From IMG/VR virus record IMGVR_UViG_3300009130_000013, positions 29,196 through 93,195 of that record: a stretch of DNA of 64,000 bases. One strand, 5' to 3'. This DNA comes from a virus. The position numbers were made by a program, and so were the translations under genes. Positions 18,823 through 27,844 of the stretch are shown here, piece after piece. The notes under the pieces are model-generated. The model was given only the letters and a program-made list of their open reading frames with translations, was not told the origin of the DNA and did not search any database. Positions within the stretch are counted from its first letter, which is position 1, and each line of letters opens with the position of its first letter.

Positions 18823-20019
18823 ATGAAAATACTTTGTATTTTATATGACGACCCTACAAAGGGTATGCCTACAAACTATCCAGTAAAAGATTTACCCAAG
18901 CTGGACAAATATCCTGATGGGATGACATTACCAACACCTAAAGGTAGAGATTATACTCCAGGTGAATTACTAGGTTGTGTCTCAGGAGAATTGGGTTTAA
19001 GAAAGTTCTTGGAAGACCAAGGACATACATTAGTTGTTACGTCTGATAAAGATGGTGAAGGTTGTACAGCTGATAAAGAGTTAGTTGATTCTGACATTGT
19101 TATATCACAACCATTTTGGCCTTACTACTTAACAAGGGAAAAAATGGAATCAGCACCAAACTTAAAGATGGCAATTACGGCAGGCATAGGATCTGATCAC
19201 GTAGACTTACAAGCGGCAATGGATAATAAAGTTGACGTAGTTGAAGTAACTTATTGTAATTCAAGATCAGTAGCAGAACATATTGTTATGATGATACTAG
19301 CATTAGTTAGAGATTATCATAATCAACACGCTATCGTAAAAGCAGGCGGCTGGCATATTGCTGACGCTGTTCAAAGAAGTTATGATGTTGAAGGTATGAA
19401 CGTAGGTACTATTGCGGCAGGACGTATTGGTATTGATATGTTAAGAAAAATGAAACCATTTGATGTACATTTACATTACATGGATAGACATAGATTACCT
19501 GAAGCTGTGGAGCAAGAGTTAAATCTTACTTTCCACGAAACAGTAGAATCTTTAGTAGCAGTTTGTGACGTTATTAACATTAGTTGTCCACTACACCCTG
19601 AAACAGAACATTTGTTTAATGACGAAATGATTAGTAAGTGTAAGCCTGGTGCTTATATTATTAATACAGCACGTGGTAAGATTTGTGATAAAGATGCTAT
19701 TGCTAGAGGACTTGAGTCAGGTCAGTTAAGTGGTTATGCAGGAGATGTTTGGTTTCCACAACCAGCACCTAACGATCATGTGTGGAGAAGTATGCCACAT
19801 CATGGAATGACACCACATACATCAGGAACAAGTTTATCAGCACAGACAAGATATGCTGATGGCGTTAGAGAAATACTAGAATGTTTCTTTGACGGTACAC
19901 CAATTAGAGATCCATACTTAATTGTACAAAATGGAGAACTAGCAGGTATGGGAGCTCACTCTTATAGTAAGGGTACAGCTACTGGTGGCTCTGAAGAAGC
20001 CGCAGAATATAAAAAGTAA
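18823..20019 (+). CDS. fdh: NAD-dependent formate dehydrogenase
   Basis: LLGCVSGELGLR, SQPFWP, AGIGSDH, AAGRIG, DRH, NTARG, DVWFPQP, PHTSGTSLSAQ.RYA. Confidence 0.95.
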   Translation: MKILCILYDDPTKGMPTNYPVKDLPKLDKYPDGMTLPTPKGRDYTPGELLGCVSGELGLRKFLEDQGHTLVVTSDKDGEGCTADKELVDSDIVISQPFWPYYLTREKMESAPNLKMAITAGIGSDHVDLQAAMDNKVDVVEVTYCNSRSVAEHIVMMILALVRDYHNQHAIVKAGGWHIADAVQRSYDVEGMNVGTIAAGRIGIDMLRKMKPFDVHLHYMDRHRLPEAVEQELNLTFHETVESLVAVCDVINISCPLHPETEHLFNDEMISKCKPGAYIINTARGKICDKDAIARGLESGQLSGYAGDVWFPQPAPNDHVWRSMPHHGMTPHTSGTSLSAQTRYADGVREILECFFDGTPIRDPYLIVQNGELAGMGAHSYSKGTATGGSEEAAEYKK

Positions 20020-20037
20020 GGCAGAGAGTTTAAGACT

Positions 20038-20403
20038 ATGATTAATCCTACTATTATGGGAGGTAAAGTTCCCCAATACAATGCCATTAAAGGGAAACTT
20101 ATACCAATAAAAAACAATGTTATTATCGAAGACATGGCATTCGGTGAAACAGTAACAAAAGGCGGAATTATATTACGTGATGATGACGGGACAGATGAAG
20201 GAATTAAACCTCGTTGGGGCAGAGTATATGCTAAAGGCCCTGAAAACAAAGACGATTACGAGATAGGCGATTGGGTATTAATTGCCCATGGACGTTGGAG
20301 TAGAGGTATTGATGTTGAAGACCCTGACTCAGGTAACATTGTTAAACTACGAAGAGCAGACCCTGAAGACATCATGGCTGTATCAACAGAGGAACCAAAT
20401 TAG
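20038..20403 (+). CDS. groES: GroES-like co-chaperonin
   Basis: PIKNNVII...TKGGIIL...GRVYAKGP...GDWVL...DIMAV. Confidence 0.85.
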   Translation: MINPTIMGGKVPQYNAIKGKLIPIKNNVIIEDMAFGETVTKGGIILRDDDGTDEGIKPRWGRVYAKGPENKDDYEIGDWVLIAHGRWSRGIDVEDPDSGNIVKLRRADPEDIMAVSTEEPN

Positions 20404-20406
20404 TAT

Positions 20407-20577
20407 ATGACTTGGAAAAATCACGAAGATGATCCAACAGAACAAATGAGAAGACATTTATTAGCTTCAGAGGAAAGATGCTCTATACTTAAAAAGCAAA
20501 TCCAAGAAGAAGTAAAAGAAAAATATGCTTTATACAAACGGATTAAAGAATTAAGAGAAGAAATAGATGCCAAATAA
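20407..20577 (+). CDS. small coiled-coil protein (56 aa, not in ORF track)
   Basis: Fills the gap; overlaps next start. Confidence 0.55.
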   Translation: MTWKNHEDDPTEQMRRHLLASEERCSILKKQIQEEVKEKYALYKRIKELREEIDAK

Positions 20578-20728
20578 AAATAAAGATCGTCCTAAGATAT
20601 ATGAACGTAATCCTGACACTGGAGTAATACGTTGGAGATATGTAGGCGAAAGCCCTGATGATTATGGTTGGCCACATTATGGAAACATTCTAACTAAAGA
20701 AGAAGAGAAAGAGTTAGATGGCAAATAA
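20567..20728 (+). CDS. small hypothetical protein (53 aa, not in ORF track)
   Basis: MPNKNKDRPKIYERNPDTGVIRWRYVGE... Confidence 0.6.
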   Translation: MPNKNKDRPKIYERNPDTGVIRWRYVGESPDDYGWPHYGNILTKEEEKELDGK

Positions 20729-21038
20729 AAGAAAAATGACAACAAACGAATATGTTAGGTCACTACCGCCAAAAGATCCTAAAGACATAGCAGTTGGTAT
20801 ACTCCTTAAAGAAAATCGTAAAAATAGAGAACTCTTAGATACTTTAAAATTAGAATCAATCCAATCAATTGAAAATGCTAAAAAAGAATCTGATGAGTTA
20901 ATGATGGCTAAAGTTATAAAATACGAAAACGAAATAGCTATGTTAAAGAAAAACATTTCCGAACTAGAACAGCAATTACTTACAGCTCAAAACGACGCCG
21001 ATGCCAACAGAGCAATGGCCAATATTCCACAATATTAA
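20718..21038 (+). CDS. hypothetical coiled-coil protein
   Basis: Coupled ORF. Confidence 0.65.
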   Translation: MANKRKMTTNEYVRSLPPKDPKDIAVGILLKENRKNRELLDTLKLESIQSIENAKKESDELMMAKVIKYENEIAMLKKNISELEQQLLTAQNDADANRAMANIPQY

Positions 21039-21040
21039 AC

Positions 21041-21069
21041 TTGACTTTTATCATAAATTGTTATATAAT
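21041..21069 (+). promoter_or_regulatory. sigma70-type promoter
   Basis: TTGACT-N17-TATAAT. Confidence 0.8.
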
Positions 21070-21095
21070 ACTTGTTATATGAAAAGGTATAGCAA

Positions 21096-22016
21096 ATGAA
21101 AGAACTTTGGACAGAAAAATATAGACCTACAAATCTTAATGATTATGTATTCCGTGATGAAGCACAACGAAGACAAGTAGAATCATGGATAGATTCTGGT
21201 ACTATTCCACACTTATTATTCAGTGGTGCTCCTGGTGTAGGAAAAACTACACTAGCAAAACTACTATTGGGTATATTGGAAGTAGATCAATATGACACAT
21301 TAGAAATTAATGCTAGTAGAGAAAACTCTGTAGACACAATTAGAGATAAGATAACAGGCTTTGTACAAACAATGCCATTTGGTGACTTTAAAGTAGTATT
21401 ACTTGATGAAGCAGATTATATTAGTCCAAACGGACAGGCGGCATTACGTGGTGTTATGGAAATGTATGCTCAAACGGCAAGGTTTATATTAACTTGTAAC
21501 TATCCTAATAGAGTTATTCCAGCATTACATAGTAGATGTCAAGGATTTCATATTGAGAAATTAGATGTAACTGACTTTACACATAGAGTAGCAACTGTAT
21601 TAGTAGAAGAAGATGTTAAAGTTGATATAGATGTATTAGATAGCTATGTTAAAGCAACATACCCTGACTTAAGAAAATGTTTAAACTTATGTCAAATGAA
21701 TACAGTTAATGGTTTATTACAACGACCACACGAAGCTGAAAATAGTTCAGCAGATTATAGACTACAAATGGTAGATATGATTAAAGGTGGAAAGATTAGA
21801 GAAGCTAGACAACTATTGTGTAGTCAAGTACGCCCAGATGAAATGGAAGAACTATTTAGATGGATGTATGATAATTTAGGTTTATGGAGCACAACTGTAG
21901 AAGGTGAAGACGAAGCAATTTTAATTATAAGAAAAGGTTTAGTTAATCATCCTATGGTAAGTGATCCAGAAATTAACTTATCAGCGACATTAGTTGAATT
22001 AGCAAATATTAAATAA
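21096..22016 (+). CDS. clamp loader ATPase subunit (RFC small/gp44-like)
   Basis: WTEKYRP, GAPGVGKT, EINAS, LDEAD, SRC. Confidence 0.93.
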   Translation: MKELWTEKYRPTNLNDYVFRDEAQRRQVESWIDSGTIPHLLFSGAPGVGKTTLAKLLLGILEVDQYDTLEINASRENSVDTIRDKITGFVQTMPFGDFKVVLLDEADYISPNGQAALRGVMEMYAQTARFILTCNYPNRVIPALHSRCQGFHIEKLDVTDFTHRVATVLVEEDVKVDIDVLDSYVKATYPDLRKCLNLCQMNTVNGLLQRPHEAENSSADYRLQMVDMIKGGKIREARQLLCSQVRPDEMEELFRWMYDNLGLWSTTVEGEDEAILIIRKGLVNHPMVSDPEINLSATLVELANIK

Positions 22017-22030
22017 GGTTAAATATTTGT

Positions 22031-23329
22031 ATGTTTTTAGACCCAACGAAACTCAGAAGAATCACGATAGAAATTACAGCAAACTGTAATAGTTTCTGCC
22101 CTCAATGTTTGAGAAGAGTATCAGGTGATATTCCACATTTAAATTTAAAAGAAGGTGATGTTAATCCAGCAATTAAAGTAGGTAGTTCTGGTAATATGCC
22201 TATGTCTACTATTAAGAATATCTTTACTCCTACAGTAATGGGTGGACTTAAAACATTAGACTTAAATGGTTCGTTTGGTGACGCTATTAATCACCCAGAC
22301 ATGATAGAGATACTTCATTATATTGCTGATGTAAGTGATAGTGTAAAGTCACAGAGATTAAAGAATGATCGTAACACTAGAACAGACCTATGGGTTAGTA
22401 CTAACGGTGCTATGAGAAACAAAGAGTTTTGGACTGACCTTGGGCATTTAGCAAGTCAACGATACAATCCTAACAACTCAGAATTAATATTTGCTTTAGA
22501 TGGAACAGATGATAAAACACATCAACTATATCGTAGAGGTTGTTCATACGAAAAAGTTTTAGAGAATGCTCGTTACTTTATGGAGGCTGGCGGCAAAGCT
22601 ATATGGCAAATTATTGAGTTTGACCACAACAAACATCAAATAGAAGAAGCAAAAGAACTAGCAAAGAAATTAGGATTTGTTAGAATTGATGTAAGACGTA
22701 GTAGATGGGCTGAAAGAATTAGTAATCAATTAAGAGAAAAAGCAATTAAAACAGGTGTTGTAAGTGTAAAAGAAAAAGAAACAGACTTCGACCATAAAGG
22801 ATTTGGTAACGTTAAGAAAAAGAAGTTTGAAAACAAATCACATAAGCCACCTACAGATCATTACAAGTCAATGGAAGAAAAAGCTAAGAAAATTGTTGTA
22901 GAAAAGTTTGACAATAGTATGGATGACTATGCCAACAACTGTAACATTTGGTGCTCATGGGGTAATGAAGGAAAGTTACAAATTGAATGGGATGGTCGTG
23001 TACACGTTTGTTGTCACTTTACAGCCTATTTTGCTCGTTCATGGCGTAAAGATATGGCTAACCCTGATGGTAGCCCTAATAATACATACCATAACAAGTA
23101 TGTGTCGAACTATGATGAGAAATGGAATTATACCAGCCATCATACATTAGAAGATGTGTTAGGACATAAGTTCTTTCAAACGGATTTACAGGATAGTTGG
23201 AAAAACCGTACTGACGATCCAATTAAACCTAGAATGGAGATCTGTGTAGATAACTGTGGTAGTATCGTACAAGAGCTCAGAGATAAAAAAGAAGATAGAA
23301 TATCTTTAGACGGAGGTAAAACAACATGA
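22031..23329 (+). CDS. radical SAM protein (paralog of 9108..10358)
   Basis: CNSFCPQC, GSFGDA, STNG, FALDG, VHVCC, CVDNC. Confidence 0.9.
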   Translation: MFLDPTKLRRITIEITANCNSFCPQCLRRVSGDIPHLNLKEGDVNPAIKVGSSGNMPMSTIKNIFTPTVMGGLKTLDLNGSFGDAINHPDMIEILHYIADVSDSVKSQRLKNDRNTRTDLWVSTNGAMRNKEFWTDLGHLASQRYNPNNSELIFALDGTDDKTHQLYRRGCSYEKVLENARYFMEAGGKAIWQIIEFDHNKHQIEEAKELAKKLGFVRIDVRRSRWAERISNQLREKAIKTGVVSVKEKETDFDHKGFGNVKKKKFENKSHKPPTDHYKSMEEKAKKIVVEKFDNSMDDYANNCNIWCSWGNEGKLQIEWDGRVHVCCHFTAYFARSWRKDMANPDGSPNNTYHNKYVSNYDEKWNYTSHHTLEDVLGHKFFQTDLQDSWKNRTDDPIKPRMEICVDNCGSIVQELRDKKEDRISLDGGKTT

Positions 23330-23652
23330 ACCCAGAAGATCAATTAGAATTAGATTTAACGTATATAAGAGACAAGATAGATGTATTATCATACGACGAA
23401 GATGATATGTGGAGCAAAGCTGGAGCAGGATTTGATATGGGTGATACACACGAGGACCAAAGCTCTAAAATAAATGACATTGGTCAAAGATTAACTCTTA
23501 TAGAAAAAGCATTAGGTATCCCACCTAAGTTAAAAGTAAATCTCGACATGGAAGAAGAGTATCCACACATTAAAAAATTACGTGAAAAATACGAGCTTGA
23601 AGTAGAGAAACACTTAACTTTAAAACTTTTAAAACCTGAGCTACCTTATTAA
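23326..23652 (+). CDS. hypothetical protein
   Basis: SD GGAGG, ATGA coupling. Confidence 0.7.
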   Translation: MNPEDQLELDLTYIRDKIDVLSYDEDDMWSKAGAGFDMGDTHEDQSSKINDIGQRLTLIEKALGIPPKLKVNLDMEEEYPHIKKLREKYELEVEKHLTLKLLKPELPY

Positions 23653-24521
23653 TGAATCAGTCGTATGCTTTTATAGGAACAAGTTATCTCGAGGCTTGTG
23701 AAGAAAGTTATACTCCGAACGCCTGGCGGACTGATCCTGCCTTATCAACCGATTCAACTTTAACTCCAAGATTTGAATACAAAACAAATCTAATTCAAGC
23801 AGTATCTAAAAGAAATCCTAGCAACACCATTTATAATTGTAGTGAAAGTGGACATGGTATTACAACATACTATAAAAGAATACTAACTCTACTAGATAGG
23901 TATGACCCAGATGTATTTGTATTTGAAATACCAAATGGACAACGTATGTTAGCACATACAGATAATGAGTACGGTGAAAACTACGACCTTCATTTTCCTG
24001 TACAAGTATACGAAGCAGGACAACCTCAAAACCTAGATGAAGAGTACCGCAAGGTTTCGGCCGCAATAATTGATGATTGTCAAGTACTCATGTCATCACA
24101 TAGATTAAACAAGTATTGGACTACACATACTAATATGGTATTTAATTTAGGGGACAAACAATGGCAAGGCTATACAAGAATACTATCAACTCTTGATGAT
24201 GGTATGAAGTCTAAGTTTTCAGATATTGTAGCACAATGCGAAATAATAAACGAATTTTTAGTAAGCAAAGGTAAAAAAGTATATTGGTTTAGTTGGTTTA
24301 AAGATTACCGACTAGAAGTTAACCCTGACAAAATAACGTTATTAAGCCCAGACAACATTCAGCAATGGAAATTCGATAAAGACGGTCAAGTGTCTCCACG
24401 AGTTAGCAGACAACAAGATCTAATAAAGAAGTATTATAAGCAATTTTCTTATGATAACAGCCACTTACATTCCAAATATATGCCCGAATTTGCTGAATAT
24501 TTCGACCAAATCTTTAAATAA
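23652..24521 (+). CDS. SGNH/GDSL-like protein
   Basis: FIGTSY, NCSESGHG, C-terminal DNSH. Confidence 0.55.
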   Translation: MNQSYAFIGTSYLEACEESYTPNAWRTDPALSTDSTLTPRFEYKTNLIQAVSKRNPSNTIYNCSESGHGITTYYKRILTLLDRYDPDVFVFEIPNGQRMLAHTDNEYGENYDLHFPVQVYEAGQPQNLDEEYRKVSAAIIDDCQVLMSSHRLNKYWTTHTNMVFNLGDKQWQGYTRILSTLDDGMKSKFSDIVAQCEIINEFLVSKGKKVYWFSWFKDYRLEVNPDKITLLSPDNIQQWKFDKDGQVSPRVSRQQDLIKKYYKQFSYDNSHLHSKYMPEFAEYFDQIFK

Positions 24522-24577
24522 TTTCCAAAATCTATATAAATCAACGACTTATCTCGACTAAAAAACCGTCTTTTTGG

Positions 24578-24609
24578 TTGACTTTTTGGCTAGTTTAGTG
24601 TATTATAAT
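24578..24609 (+). promoter_or_regulatory. sigma70-type early promoter (copy 3 of repeated module)
   Basis: TTGACT 24578-24583, TATTAT/TATAAT 24601-24609. Confidence 0.8.
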
Positions 24610-24637
24610 AGTATAGTTAATAAGGAATAGTTGAAAA

Positions 24638-25441
24638 ATGTATAGAAATAATATATCCGCAGTTAATAGAGCTAGTAACTTTATGTCAACAAAATCAAGA
24701 CCAATGAGAACTTATAGTACACAAGCAGTATTAGAAGCTTCAGTGGCCGCGAATCGTTTTAACGGTGCTTATATTAAACAGAACAAAACCAAATACATTA
24801 AAGACGAAAACGACAATGATACAACAAAGTATATTGTTGAAATGGCTTGTAATAAGTCATTAGTATATTTCCTATTAAACAAGAAATTACCAGATGTTAA
24901 GTACCATAAAGAAGAAAATGCTTATCTGTCTAACATTCAAAATATACTTAAAGTAACAGATGCTGATAAAGAAACAGCTAACGATATTAAAGACCATTTT
25001 CAAAGCAAACTGTTTCAAGCATTAGGTGGTAAGCTAGATGAATATACTGATCAAATTTGGAAAGTATTAGATACTGAAGAGGTTACAGCACGTGAAGTAG
25101 GCTTATTAACTAGTACGCCATCTGCTTATAATAGAGATCTTAATAAAGAAGTAGTTGAAGATACAGTTTTAGAAAGATGTGCTGATGAATATGTTGGCAG
25201 TAAAGGCGAAAAGATTGAAGGACCTGTCGAACTTGTAAATGTAATTTACTCTAGTCGATTTGAGTCATACATTTACACAGGCATTTATAAAGATAAGTTT
25301 CTTGTTAGTTTTTGGAACGGTGTAGAGCTAGGCAAGAAAGGTGAAACTATTAATCTTAAAGCAAGAATCAAAAAACTTGCTCTTAGTAGATTTTACAACG
25401 GTGCTTGGGAAACTCAATTAAATTATGTTAAGAAGGTATAA
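24638..25441 (+). CDS. hypothetical early protein, possible C-terminal OB fold
   Basis: YVGSKGEKI...LKARIK...ETQLNYVK. Confidence 0.7.
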   Translation: MYRNNISAVNRASNFMSTKSRPMRTYSTQAVLEASVAANRFNGAYIKQNKTKYIKDENDNDTTKYIVEMACNKSLVYFLLNKKLPDVKYHKEENAYLSNIQNILKVTDADKETANDIKDHFQSKLFQALGGKLDEYTDQIWKVLDTEEVTAREVGLLTSTPSAYNRDLNKEVVEDTVLERCADEYVGSKGEKIEGPVELVNVIYSSRFESYIYTGIYKDKFLVSFWNGVELGKKGETINLKARIKKLALSRFYNGAWETQLNYVKKV

Positions 25442-25755
25442 TGGTTAAAGACGTGAAACAAAAACTTAATGATAAAATAAAGGCCCTAAATTCAACTAGG
25501 GTTTTTAAAAAGATTACACCACAGTATGAACTTACTTGGTACATCAAATGGTCAGCAAGTTTATTTCTATTATTAGGAATGGCTTTAGTGACAGCAAACA
25601 TACAACCACTTCAAATGATAGTTTCACTAGTAGGTGTTGTTGGTTGGCTAGTAGTTGGAATGATGTGGCACGATAGAGCATTAATTTTTATTAACGGTAT
25701 TGCCTGTTTTATATATACTACAGGTTTAATTAAATATTTCCACTCAGGATTATAA
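25441..25755 (+). CDS. small 3-TM membrane protein
   Basis: WYIKW.AS...W.DRALI..N. Confidence 0.75.
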   Translation: MVKDVKQKLNDKIKALNSTRVFKKITPQYELTWYIKWSASLFLLLGMALVTANIQPLQMIVSLVGVVGWLVVGMMWHDRALIFINGIACFIYTTGLIKYFHSGL

Positions 25756-25756
25756 T

Positions 25757-26083
25757 ATGGATGATTTTGTACAACGAGATTTATTCGAAGACGTGGGGTT
25801 TGATGACAAAGATCGTCAAGCAGAAGTTAAAGAAGATTTACAAACAAAAATTCTAGAAGTTACATTTACTAAAAAGGATGGCGAAGAACGAGTAATGACG
25901 TGTACACTTATGTCAGAAGCTATTCCTTTAGAACGTAGACCTAAACCTTTAGCAGAAGGTGAAGTACTAAAACCAAAGCCTGAAGGTTTACAAAGTGTTT
26001 GGGATGTCAAAGCTGAAGGTTGGCGTAGTTTTTATTGGGATAAAGTAACAGCCGTTAAGGTTGCCAACATTGAAACAGTCTAA
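25757..26083 (+). CDS. WYL/Sm-like SH3 beta-barrel protein
   Basis: VTFTKKDGEERVMTCTL...VWDVKAEGWRSF. Confidence 0.8.
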   Translation: MDDFVQRDLFEDVGFDDKDRQAEVKEDLQTKILEVTFTKKDGEERVMTCTLMSEAIPLERRPKPLAEGEVLKPKPEGLQSVWDVKAEGWRSFYWDKVTAVKVANIETV

Positions 26084-26531
26084 CAAATTTAAAAGCAGTT
26101 TAAGGTTTGGCAACAAACTAGAAAAGAATCATGCTCTTAGAGTAATCGAGCAAATCCATCCAAAGTGTACTATACACGAACCAGACGAATACAGAGAGAA
26201 TGGATTAGCAGTTCCTGATCATATAATAAAGAAAGGCAAAAAAATCGTAGCCTTTTATGACAGCAAAAACAAACGTTCAACATATAAAGTTACAGGTGAA
26301 CCAGAAAGAATTTGGAGTGTTGATGAGAAACTTTTAGAATATAGAAAATATGCTCTAAAACATAAAGCACCTTGTTACTTAATATTCTATCATAAAGATA
26401 GCGATAAAAATAATGTGTATATTGTGGATGTTAGTATTGAACCAAAGTTCTATAGAAGAATCAATAACAAGTACGGTGAACACTGGTACGGTTATTACAT
26501 ATCACAAACAACACCATATTCAATTGATTAA
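26061..26531 (+). CDS. putative PD-(D/E)xK nuclease-fold protein
   Basis: G..LE...PD...YDSK. Confidence 0.55.
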   Translation: MPTLKQSNKFKSSLRFGNKLEKNHALRVIEQIHPKCTIHEPDEYRENGLAVPDHIIKKGKKIVAFYDSKNKRSTYKVTGEPERIWSVDEKLLEYRKYALKHKAPCYLIFYHKDSDKNNVYIVDVSIEPKFYRRINNKYGEHWYGYYISQTTPYSID

Positions 26532-26558
26532 AAAGCCCTCTGTAAGGAGGGCTTTTTT
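26530..26558. terminator. bidirectional intrinsic terminator
   Basis: AAAAGCCCTC-tgtaag-GAGGGCTTTTTT between convergent genes. Confidence 0.85.
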
Positions 26559-26562
26559 ATGA

Positions 26563-26634
26563 TTACTTTTTCTTTTTCTTTTTATTTTTAGCCTTCGCTT
26601 TTTTAGAAGGCTTTTTTTTCTTTTTCTTAGCCAT
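26563..26634 (-). CDS. poly-lysine micropeptide (23 aa, not in ORF track)
   Basis: MAKKKKKKPSKKAKAKNKKKKKK; SD GAAAGG; TAAATA box at 26678-26673. Confidence 0.6.
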   Translation of the reverse strand: MAKKKKKKPSKKAKAKNKKKKKK

Positions 26635-26687
26635 GTTAATGACCTTTCTAAAGGCTTAAAGCCTTTAGCTCGTATTTATGAGTCCAG

Positions 26688-27284
26688 TTACTTAATATCT
26701 TCTATCTTATCACACAACTTTAAGGTTTTAGCCTCTTTGGCACTCAACCATACGTCCTGTGGTGGAAGTAAAAACTCTCTAATTTTCTTTTCAGTTAACC
26801 CTGTACATTTTTTGTAGTGGTTAATCATACGTTCTGTAGTTAATTCTAGTTCTTTAACACGAGCAAATAATTCGTGTTCTTTACCAGCACTACCCCAACT
26901 ATATTGATGTGATAGTATTGCTGTATTAGGTGTAAGTATTCTACGACCTTTCTTACCTGATATGAATAGTAACAAGCCACAAGAAGCAATCATACCTAAT
27001 CCTATTGTTCTAACAGGTATTGAAGATGCTCTCATAACATCAATTAAAGCAAAACAGGCATTTAAGTCTCCACCTCTGGAGCAAATTCCCAAGGTTAACT
27101 CTTTTGCCTTATTCCCTTTCTTCATATTTTCAGCAAGAATCCAATCGACGATCGGGCTCAAAGTGTCCATTGTTACATCACCCATGAACACATACATACC
27201 ATTCATAAGTAATTCTATTTTAGGTAGCATCATTTCTGGTCCAGGTGGTTTTGGGGCACCGTTAGCCGGTTTTTTATCTGACAT
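26688..27284 (-). CDS. clpP: ClpP protease proteolytic subunit
   Basis: SRGG, IASCG (Ser), LSHQ (His), QDVWLSAKEA (Asp). Confidence 0.9.
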   Translation of the reverse strand: MSDKKPANGAPKPPGPEMMLPKIELLMNGMYVFMGDVTMDTLSPIVDWILAENMKKGNKAKELTLGICSRGGDLNACFALIDVMRASSIPVRTIGLGMIASCGLLLFISGKKGRRILTPNTAILSHQYSWGSAGKEHELFARVKELELTTERMINHYKKCTGLTEKKIREFLLPPQDVWLSAKEAKTLKLCDKIEDIK

Positions 27285-27325
27285 TTTCTTGTTCTCCTTG
27301 ATCCTTTGTTATATGTTCCATTGTG

Positions 27326-27844
27326 TTAAAATCCCACACTAGAGTCGTTGTCTTCATAATTACGATCTTTTGTTATATGTTCCATTTTATTAAAGTCCCA
27401 CAACTTTAATGTTTTTTCTGTAAATTCATTACCCGAATCCTCAGGTAACATCATTTTTTGAGGAAGTCCTTGTCCTTGCCTTTGTTTGGCTTCCGATAAT
27501 TTCTTTTCTCTTTCTTTAGTATATTTTATTTTATATGATCTAGGTTCCATTGACCTTGACATATCAACAGCCCAAATGTATATCCATTTTTGCTCATGTC
27601 CAACTAAATGAGTTATATAAACTTGCTCTTGTTTAGAGTTAAAATTAGTTGGATAGCCGAGCATATTTTCTATATTTGTTTTAACACTCATAGAAAGAAA
27701 TAAGATTAAAGGTATCATAACATACGTCCACCTATTTACCTTACCATATCTAATCATTGTTAACAATGAAAAAGACATTAAAACAAATATAGAAATAGTT
27801 AAGATTGTCTTAACAGTTTCAAAATCGAAATAACTAAAGACCAT
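27326..27844 (-). CDS. 2-TM membrane protein, partner of MotA/TolQ-like pair
   Basis: Two TM helices, LGYP, WIYIW, PRSY; overlaps upstream gene. Confidence 0.7.
   Translation of the reverse strand: MVFSYFDFETVKTILTISIFVLMSFSLLTMIRYGKVNRWTYVMIPLILFLSMSVKTNIENMLGYPTNFNSKQEQVYITHLVGHEQKWIYIWAVDMSRSMEPRSYKIKYTKEREKKLSEAKQRQGQGLPQKMMLPEDSGNEFTEKTLKLWDFNKMEHITKDRNYEDNDSSVGF

Noticed and set aside
18823-20019. Host contamination as the source of bacterial-type genes
   Set aside because: They are interleaved with phage genes, tightly coupled, and show the same GCWGC-avoiding codon pattern
26962-27342. 126-aa plus-strand ORF
   Set aside because: Antisense shadow of clpP
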